Shown here piece by piece: positions 38,301 through 47,945 of a stretch of DNA of 64,000 nucleotides. Made by a program: the position numbers and the translations under genes. This stretch comes from Octopus sinensis. Taxonomy: Eukaryota. Positions within the stretch are counted from its first letter, which is position 1. Each line of letters begins with the position of its first letter. Where the stretch lies: positions 2,976,001 through 3,040,000 of the forward strand of contig NC_043006.1 of assembly GCF_006345805.1 (NCBI RefSeq). Direction: 5' to 3'. The notes beneath the pieces are model-generated. The model was not told the origin of the DNA. It saw only the letters and a program-made list of their open reading frames with translations, and searched no databases.

Positions 38301-38528
38301 TTAACCCTTTTCGTTACTCTATTCATTTTGAGGTACTCTGTGTTTCTTTCAATTAATTTTAAATATAACAAAGAATTTAGTAAAATAACTTAGTTATCAT
38401 TCAGCTAGTGTTAGGAACATAAACTGTGACTAAGGTCTGGTGGAAGACTAATTCAAAACTTATGAAAATGAGACATTTGTACTCAGAGTCAGAGCCGGTC
38501 TCAGCCGGGTTGGTATCGAAAAGGTTAA
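38301..38528. mobile_element. piggyBac-type MITE with TTAA target-site duplication
   Basis: TTAA|cccttttcgttac ... gtatcgaaaagg|TTAA (38301-38304 and 38525-38528); 220-bp body. Confidence 0.85.
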
Positions 38529-40152
38529 CAATTTTAGAAAGAAATTTTTTTTAATCATTCCACATTAACTCTTCTATTCTTAAGATTTGTATGAATAATT
38601 AAACTAGTTTATAGCTAAGCCCCACTTTCTAATGTTCACATGTGACAATATAACACTAATTACTAATAACATTGAATTTTATGACTAAGAGAAATATTCT
38701 TTACAACTTAACCATCCAGCTTCCAATTTCATTAAAAAATTTTGATGTTATCAAATAAAGAGAGAAAAATGAGAAGGATGATGAATAAAGCAGGTTTGAT
38801 ATCGTATTTGGAGGTTTTAGAATGGGAATATTTGAGCTTGTCATCCCAATTGGACATGGAAGAAGTGTTGTATATGATAGTCAAAAAAAAAAAGGGATTT
38901 TATGAGTAATACATAATGTAGACGACAAAGTGTAAGTGGTAAAGTTGATAGAATAAATGAAAGTAAGATTGAAATGCCTGAAATTATGTAATGTAATGTT
39001 AGTAGAGATCAACCAGCTGTACTGGACTGAATAACTGTAGATCTTAAAGAATCCCCCAAATCTCAAGAGTACATTTTAAAAAATTGTAATCGTTTGTTTT
39101 ACAAACATGCTTCGCGGAGGTAGATATTCTCAAGGTGTGTAGCAAATGAGATTTTTGAATGTAAGGCTTGTTTGTAAGAAGAGCGGAATGTGTATTTGTT
39201 TGATGATGTTGCTGTAAAACAGTGAAATCAATAACAATTGTGAACCCAAAATTCAATGATTTTCTTTGTTTTTACTTCTCACTCCTGACTTCATCAAAAG
39301 ATGAAACTTTCTTGAATGGTTGCAGTATGCAGGTCTGTCTGTCCGAATCCGGGCAATTCTTGGATATTGTCTTGATTGACAAAAGAGAACTAAATCCTGA
39401 TTCATGCATGTCATTGCAAATGGATTGGGGTACAGTTCTTGGTCACAATCTCCTAGGACCGAAATCTACATAGGATAATAAACCTTCTTGGTACGCTCAA
39501 CAGAATAAAGCTACTTGTAAGAGTTCATTAATAATCTTATACTGAAATGTGATTTTAGTAAGGTATACAGGTTTTGTTTTCTTTGACACACCCTCTGAAA
39601 TGCCATCTTGCACCCCCAGAGGGTACAGACATCACAAGTTGGGAACCCTTGCTTAGTCCAAGGCAGAAGTCCAGCATCCATGACTGTTTTCAGGGTGTTT
39701 GGAAATCCTCCCCAGACCAGAGACCTGGATGCAACAGGATGGTCTCTAATAATGGTACCAAAGGAGTCAGGTAATGGTATAAAAACCAGGTGACAGATTG
39801 TTGGTAGCAAGTAAGGTTACTGGATGGACAGAATTTAAATATTAGAGAAGCTAAGAGTGGTAAAGAGTGTTTACATGATGGGGTGATTGGATCAGTTTAG
39901 GTTTCTTAACAAATGTGAATTTAGCATATGACAACACAGTGTTGATAAACTCTATTAAAGCAGTATAAATCAAAGAATAGATGCATAAATTCAATGGATA
40001 AGTACAAAAGTAAAACATCGAAACCTTGGATGCAGGTTGTTTGGCTAAAGAACTTTCAAGTACAATTTTAAAATGTCCCTCGAGGAAAAATATCAAATGT
40101 TTATTTGAACTGTTGTAATAACTACTTGTGTTTGTGCTTCCCTTTCTTGTAG

Positions 40153-40290
40153 GTATCGTAAAACAGGCAGTATCAATCCTGGACAAATTGGTGGCAGTAA
40201 GCCAAAGGTAACTACGCCAGATGTAGTAAATAAGGTGCGACAATATAAAAATGAAAACCCTCAGATGTTTGCTTGGGAAATCAGGCAAAA
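40153..40290 (+). CDS. Paxbeta: Paired domain exon 2 (linker and start of RED): [46 protein letters not shown]
   Basis: cctttcttgtag| acceptor and AA|gtaagt donor. 138 nt, phase 2-2. Continues the paired domain in frame (GGSKPK, MFAWEIR). Confidence 0.97.
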
Positions 40291-40492
40291 GTAAGTCAAT
40301 GAAGGATTTCAATTATCTGTGTATAAACTAATTTATGTACTAATAATCCTATGGTATCTACTTGTAAAATTATGACCTACCATTTTCATAGATATTGTTT
40401 AATTCCAGATCAGCTCTGATTCAAGACATTCCAGTTGTGACTAGCCCACTTATATATATATGTATATATATACACATATTCAGGTGTATGTA

Positions 40493-40531
<39 letters not shown>

Positions 40532-40823
40532 CGTTACTTGTCCAATGTGTCCTTTCCTTTTAAGATGACAGAGTATGATTTGAGGGCAAATCATGTATGC
40601 CTTATATTTCAGTGATCCCTTAGAAGCTCTGTCAGTGACTGAAGGACCCATTCAGATGTTACTCAACTCGTTCCCTCTGACTGACGATTGAAGTTGAGGT
40701 TCCTCATTGCATTATTTAGGTTTCATTTTGTTTTACAATAATAACAACTATTCTCGGTTCTTTTATAGCATTGTTAAACCTTTATTAATAATGCTGTTCT
40801 ATATTTTAGAGATGAGGAATTCT

Positions 40824-41033
40824 GTACATTATTTATACTGGACAGATATGTGTCCTCATCTTATTTGTTGTTACCACAATGTTTCGGCTGATTTACTCTC
40901 CAGCCTTCATCAGGTGTCCGGTAGAATTTTGAGCCCAGGACACCTGATGAAGGCTGGAGAGTAAATCAGCCGAAACATTGTGGTAACAACAAACAAGATG
41001 AGGACACATATCCATCCAGTGTAAATAATGTAC
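40824..41033. repeat. 96-bp fold-back inverted repeat (92/96 identity, 18-nt loop) containing a minimal hammerhead core in each arm
   Basis: 40824-40919 versus the reverse complement of 40938-41033 shows four transition mismatches. CTGATGA-A-GGCTG..CAGCC-GAAAC at 40944-40976. Confidence 0.95.
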
Positions 41034-41369
41034 TTTATTAATAATACTTTGCATTTTATTTTCAGCCAATAAATGCCTTTTTTTTTTTAATCACAGCATA
41101 CATAATTGACCAATGTCTTGATAACCTACTCTTGGATTCTCCCCTTCCTCTCTATATGAAGTAGTATTCTTGAATTCTTGACATGGATACTAGCATTTCT
41201 TTCACTTAATCTCAACAAATAGTCATCCTTTTTCCTTTTTCTCGCCTGCTTTCCAATCATTTTAGCTAATGGAACTTGATGGCTTTTTATATCTTCAAAG
41301 TATAAGTTAACTATTTCTACAGTTTACACCCATTTGTTATTATTATAATTGTTATTATTATTATTATCA

Positions 41370-41725
41370 AGGTGGCCAGCTGGCAGAATCATTAGCATGC
41401 CAGGTGAAATGCTTAGCGGTATTTTGTCTGGCGCTATGTTCTGAGTTCAAATTCTGCTGAGGTTGACTTTGCCATTCATCCTTTCAGGGTTGATTAAACA
41501 AGTACCAGTTATGCACTGGGGTCGATGTAATCGATTTAATCCCTTCCCCCAAATTTCAGCCATTGTGCTTATAGTAGAAGGGATTATTATTATTTATTTA
41601 TTGACCTCGAAAGAGTAAAAGGCAAAAGAAAAAGAAAAATTCTGCCGCGGCCAACCCCTTTTGGGGTCGATGTAAACAACTCCCCCTCCCCCAAATTTCA
41701 GGCCTTGTACCTATAGTAGAAAGTA
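41370..41725 (+). mobile_element. Family A SINE (41370-41590) followed by a rearranged partial copy
   Basis: Full head-to-tail match to other family A copies; 41591-41725 holds an inverted piece of the central domain plus a second tail. Confidence 0.85.
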
Positions 41726-42468
41726 CACACACACATATTTGTCTTGTTTTTCATGACCCATATATGTCTATTCCATCCAGGCCCTACACTAGTGGCTACA
41801 CCTAATCCTTTCTACCCTAAACTTTATTGAGGGCAACAGTAACGCTTCATTTACATATTTCATCATTTAACTTTGAAAGGGCATTTTCCAAGCTCTTCTC
41901 AACCATAGATGAATGTGTCACTCGTAAGATTGTTCTCTTTTACCAAAATTCTTCACCAGCTGACACCTGTGTCTTTAACTATCTCTTTCTCACAGAATCT
42001 CTTGCCTCGCAGATCTTTGAACTGATTACACAGCACTGAATTCCTGAGATTTCCTTTTCTACTTATCCAGGCTATTTCCTATTTCCTCCAGACTTTCTTG
42101 TTCCCTTTTCTTAAGTATATATAAATGTCATGTAACGTGCATATATTGGTACAAATTAACCTAAAGTATACGTTTACTTATAATGTACAAATATTCCTAT
42201 AATGTACCTGCACATTCTCCTGCATAATTCTTGGGCTGTCCACATCCCTTACAGAATGTTCTTGTCCATTCTTCTTGGTATTTATGAGAATTGGAGGATA
42301 TACCACCTCATGGCTGTCAATGATCTCTGTTGCAAAAAATATAAAGAAAATAAAAATAACAATAACTGATAACAGATTAAAACATCTGCAGATATATATT
42401 TGCTGAAAAATCTCAGTTGTGTATATATATATAATATTGTGTGTGAGTATATGTATATAGATAGATGG

Positions 42469-42505
<37 letters not shown>

Positions 42506-42514
42506 GCATACATA

Positions 42515-42770
42515 CAGGGTGACTATATTGTCTAAATTACACAAAAATCAAAATAACACTGACATCTCATCTTAACAGACATATTTACCAAAATTACATA
42601 AAAATATCTTGAAATACTAAAGAGTAAATTTCTTCAATAAAATCGCCATCGGCTTCAACCACTGCCTCCAGACGACTTCAAAATTTCCTGCAACTCTGAT
42701 GGACGGTTTCCTTGTTTAAGTTGGTGAATGCTGCCATAATCCTTGCCTTCAGTTCATCTTTTTTTTTTTC
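42515..42770 (-). mobile_element. Tc1/mariner transposon end with transposase C-terminal fragment
   Basis: TA|cagggtg terminal motif; minus strand KDELKARIMAAFTNLNKETVHQSCRKF*SRLEAVVEADGDFIE. Confidence 0.8.
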
Positions 42771-44673
42771 AAGAAACATGCTTTGTTTCACTGACCTACA
42801 CATGTTGAATAGCTGAGCTGCAGGGTATACATTTGTTTATGGTGGACATAAGTGTTACAACTGCTGTCAGATGGTATCAGTATGGTGATAACATACAAAA
42901 GCAAACATATGCTCATGCACACACACACAGAGTTTATGACTGCTTTCTAGCTGAAAGTGAAGGCAGAAGACCAGTAGTTGATAATCGGGTTGCCATTCTT
43001 GGAAATGGGACACAGTGTTTGTGTGCTAACAGGGAGTGATCGGTAGTATCGTTGTTGGGTCAAGGTCCACCTTTATTGTTTATGAAGGAAGAAGATATTG
43101 AATCTTGTTCTTTTCGCAAAATTATTTTCGTGGCTGTGAAAGGTAGTGGAGGATAAAGGAAAAGGGAAATGAGATACCGCTACCGACAATGTTGATCTCT
43201 TTGAGTAGTCTGGTCAAAAGTCTGCGGTTTCACAATGGTGTCTTGTAATCCTGTATTTGCCAAGAAAAGCACAAGTCACAAACTAGAAGAGAAAACTCTA
43301 TGCAATTACATCAGCCAATAAAGCAGTTCTTCCAGGTTTAGGTAATCAATTGGCTGTATGTAGCGTTAGTGCTTTGGACAACATTTTTTGCAGTATTCCA
43401 ATTCTTTGTCTCAAGTTCAAACCCTGCTGTGGCCTACTTGACAGAGTTAATCCATTGCTCAGTTTAACACCAGTATCTAGCTCTTGGGTACCTTTACTAG
43501 AGTTCATGCTATTCTCTTGTAAGCATATAAGTTAGGTTTCTGGTTTGAGGATACTTTCCTCCCTCTTGGTCCACCTCCACTCGTAAAAGCCTTGATTCGT
43601 CAGTCATGAGCACTGATCTCCTTCCTAAGCACTTGTACCAAAATCAATGTAATCAACCAAGCCTCTCCTCATGGAATTACTAGTCTTGTGCCTAAATTAG
43701 AAGCAATTATTATTATTGATAGTGACACAGGCAGTGATTGATTGAATGAGAAAAAGTCAAAGTTGAAGCCAACTAAAATAAAAATTAAAACTAGAATTTT
43801 GGATATTGAATAGACGTGTTTTAACTTGTACCAACCAAAAGAAAACAGGTAATAAAAATTGAAGGCAGTTAAATAACACCTGTATAAGGTAATAAAGGCA
43901 TCTTATGTCTTTGGTGTTATTGGAACGTTGGGTGCTCCCTGCAGCTGTCCTTACACTGCATTGTTCAGTGTATCTCTTTGTCTTACTACTGTCTTTTGTG
44001 GTTTTCATTCTGTATCAAGAATTTGTAGTCTTGTCATAAGAGTTATTTTAAAAGGACATGGTTATATCACAATGGAAAACTGTAACCATTTGAATAGGGC
44101 CTTTTATTATAATCGTCATAGATTTATGACTATTTACACATCAGTCTCTTCCTTCTGTCTCTCTCTCTCTCTCTCTTACTTCCTCTCTGTATGCCTCATG
44201 TCTCTTCTTTCTGTCTGTCTTTCTTACATTCTATCGGCATCTTACCTCAATTACTCTCTCTCTATCTCCTGTCTCTTTTCTCTTGCCATTTCTTCACTCT
44301 CTCTCTCAGTATGTAAATATATATATATATATATGTATGTATGTCTGTATATATATATATAGTGAAGTATATTTGCCACTTAAATGTGGCTAGCTCTTAA
44401 GGGTGGATGTTGCTGTAGCTTGTAGCCCCAGAAGGACACCTCCTCAAGTTGGCTTTTGATACACTTTCTGTGCCCTATCAGTATTTGCAAAGGGAAGCCA
44501 TCCTTCCCTTCTTCAACCTATGATACACACGGACTCGAGTTTCTGGGTATTGACCTGTCATTAGCATATGATAATCACAAGTTGTTGATGAAAAGTAGGC
44601 CTCCCTTTGCCAATATATATCCTTTTTCCAGTGACAAAAAGTCACTGATATCGAAAAAGTGTAAACAAGTTTT

Positions 44674-44706
<33 letters not shown>

Positions 44707-44759
44707 ATTGAGGCTAGTGTAAACAAATCAAAATCACTGATGTGGTCGATGACTTTACC

Positions 44760-45102
44760 ACCTGATTGGCACTCATGCCAGGGACATGTGAAAAACACTG
44801 CTCAAGTGTGATCGTTGCCAACATCGCCTTACCGGCACATGTCCTGGTGGCACATGAAAAGCAACATTCAAGCATGGGCATTGCCAGACTGGCTCCCATG
44901 CTGGTGGCACGTAAAAACACCTTTGCCAGCACCGCCTCAGTGGCACGTAAAAGCACCCACTACACTCTTGGAGTGGTTGTCGTTAGGAAGGGCATCCAGC
45001 TGTAGAAACTTTGTCAGATCAGATTGGAGTCTGGTGCAGCCTCTGGCTCACCAGACCTCAGTCAAACCGTCCAACCCGTGCCAGCATGGAAAGTGGACGT
45101 TA
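44760..45102 (+). mobile_element. Family C copy whose tail is split by a CR1 insertion (tail resumes at 45690-45708)
   Basis: Several gtggcac(g/a)t(a/g)aaaa subrepeats and the core; ...gtggacgtta | insertion | gacgttaaatgatgatgat. Confidence 0.85.
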
Positions 45103-45689
45103 GTTAGTTAGTTAGTTAGTTAATTTGGCTCAAAAGCAAATAGCAAGGCCATGTAGGGGGACATGGAGTTAAGTACAGGGTGGTGTTCATGTAAAGAGTT
45201 CAGGCCACTTGAGGTCCAAGGAGGCTTTGAACAAAGCGGTCGTCGGCATCTTCACCAGCTTGTTCCACGGATCCGCAACCCGGACGGAGAAAGCTCCTCT
45301 CCTTCGATTGAGATGAAATCGTCGCAGGTAGAGCTTTTCGGAATGACCCCGCAGCCGACGCTCCGGAGCAGGAGTGAAGAACAGCTCTTTCGAGAGGTTA
45401 CACTTCCCGCTTATGATGTTGTGGGTGAGAATGAGATCACCACGGCGGCGGCGTTTTTCAAGAGAATAAAGGTCGAGCGTCCTCAGCCTTTCTTCGTAGG
45501 ACAAATTTTTGAGACCATAAACCATGCGGGTAGCCAGCCTCTGGACTCTTTCGAGGTGCTGTATGTCTTTGAGGAGATAAGGAGAAGAGGCTTGAATCCC
45601 ATACTCCAATATGGGTCTCACCAGCGTGACATAGAGTGGCAGGAATATGGCTGCTGTGAGCATTCCGAATGACCGTTGAATCAAAAACA
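45103..45689 (-). mobile_element. Young 5'-truncated CR1-type LINE with (TAAC)n tail and 7-bp TSD
   Basis: Uninterrupted 165-aa ORF 45187..45684 ([35 protein letters not shown]...[14 protein letters not shown]...FSVRVADPWNKL); gacgtta at 45096-45102 and 45690-45696. Confidence 0.93.
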
Positions 45690-45709
45690 GACGTTAAATG
45701 ATGATGATA

Positions 45710-45712
45710 TGT

Positions 45713-45749
<37 letters not shown>

Positions 45750-45777
45750 TATGTATATATATATGTGTGTGTATAGA

Positions 45778-45815
<38 letters not shown>

Positions 45816-45913
45816 TATGTATATATATATGTGTGTGTATAGATATTTATATATATATATATATATATATATGTGTATATGTATATATATATATATGGGT
45901 ATATGTATATTTG

Positions 45914-45948
<35 letters not shown>

Positions 45949-46255
45949 ATATGTATATATATATATATGTATGTATGTATATGTATTTATATATGTATAT
46001 GTATATATTGTGTGTATATATAATATATATATGTATGTATATGTATATTTGTGTGTGTATATATATGTATGTATATGTATATATTTGTGTGTGTGTGTAT
46101 ATATATGTATATATGTGTATATATATATATGTGTGTGTATATATATGTATGTATGTATATGTATATATTTGTGTGTGTATATATATATATGTATGTATAT
46201 ATATGTGTGTATATATATATATATTATATATATATATAATATATATAAATATAAT
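45710..46255. repeat. Degenerate (TA)/(TG)n array
   Basis: Direct inspection; includes a ~66-bp tandem duplication at about 45716-45850. Confidence 0.95.
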
Positions 46256-47008
46256 TATAGGAATTTCCTAAAATTATTTTCCTAGTAGAACTAAACCAAT
46301 TTTTTCCTATTTAACTTTCGCTTTATATATTACGTAGTTTATAAAGTGGAATATCTGTGTTACATACTGTGTGTGTGTATTACTGGCACAACGACCTTCA
46401 TGAGAAACAACAACATCTATATATTTAGTGGCAAGAAATTGAGACCCAACTTGCAATCCAAGTTGAAACTATCGCAGAGGCTAGTGTTTTGTAGCAGTTT
46501 AATGTAACTGGGAATCTGTTTTAATGTGATTTTTATCCTGTTTATGACAGATTTCTCTTGATGTATTCATGTGGAAGGACAAGCCTCTAGCCTGAGGACT
46601 ATATGGTTAAGGTCATCTTGTTTCATCTATGTGTTGGGAAGTTACAAGTCAGTGGTGAAAATGATATTATTCCACAAGGTCGCCTTCTACTGGAATAATT
46701 AGTAAACTTGGAAAGACATTGGGATTTTCAGCATCAGCATAATTGGAATGACAGCTGGACAAGAAGACTGTTTCAAGAATGAATGTCTGGTTGATGCGAT
46801 ACAAGGAGACAAATGCTGTGAGCATTAACTGTGGTAGTGATGATGTTGGTTTGCCCTCCTCCTACTCCTACTAGTTCTACAACTGGCAGTGGTGGTGGTG
46901 GTAGGAATGTAGTTCCATAATTTTAGTGCACATTTGTGCCAGATTACAAATATCTTTGTTTCCTCTGTGGAATAGATTGTTTCTAAACATTCTTTTGTTT
47001 CTTTGCAG

Positions 47009-47138
47009 ACTTCTTGAAGACCAAGTATGCACAGAAAAGAATATTCCTAGCATAAGCTCCATAAATCGGATAATACGAGACAAAGCCATTCTTCATCGTC
47101 GGAGTCTTGATAACTTCCCTCATCTCGGGGACGACGAA
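47009..47138 (+). CDS. Paxbeta: Paired domain exon 3 (end of RED): LLEDQVCTEKNIPSISSINRIIRDKAILHRRSLDNFPHLGDDE
   Basis: ttttgtttctttgcag| acceptor and GAA|gtgaga donor. 130 nt, phase 2 to 0. PSISSINRIIR is the paired-domain helix 6. Confidence 0.96.
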
Positions 47139-47449
47139 GTGAGAAATCTTTATTTTCTTATTAACCACACTAACAATCAACTAATGTAGTTTAAAAATCT
47201 GGGAATAATGGTAACTTTTCATTCATTATGATTAAGTCTCCGCTAGATTTCCAGAAATTATCTTTCTATTGAAATGTTCTGCAATTAATGCTGTCTTCTT
47301 ACATTTTTGCATGCCTGCTTTTTTTCCTTCATCCTTGTAATGCCATGAATTTGGTAGATTTACAGATTGATGTTATTTGTTTATAATTGGCAGTTTATGA
47401 TATTTCCATGATAAAGCTACGGCCTGTTGGTACCACCTGCTGAAATCTT

Positions 47450-47568
47450 TATCATCATCATCGTTTAACATCCGTTTTCCATGCTAGCATGGGTTGGATG
47501 GTTCGACCGGGATCTGCACCCGTCTGATTTGGCAGTGTTTCTACGGCTTGATGCCCTTCCTAACGCCA
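47450..47568 (-). mobile_element. Truncated, internally deleted family C copy in the last Pax intron
   Basis: (CAT)n tail followed by gtttaacatccgttttccatgctagcatgggttgg...gatgcccttcctaacgcca. Confidence 0.85.
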
Positions 47569-47945
47569 AATCCTAAATAACAACATACTACACTGGTACA
47601 CAGTCAAATAACTAGTCATCAGCTCTCACAGTATGCAGTAAACCTTATCAGAATATAGCAATCAAGGAAGTAGTGGTACTTTGTTGCAAGCCTCTCTTCA
47701 GCAATAAATTTCCTTGTCTGATCATGACTATAATAAATACAATAATAGCAAAATTTTCCTCACAACTGAAACAAAACTTGAGAAAGGCCTATTGCTCTCC
47801 TATAATTACCCTCTTACTGTATTAAATATTACTGCTTTTCTCATTTCTCATATATTTCCATGTGTATATCAGTTTTTTTTTTCAATTATCTATGTTTTTT
47901 TTTCTTTATTAATTTCACACTTTACCATTTCATTTTTTTCTCCAG

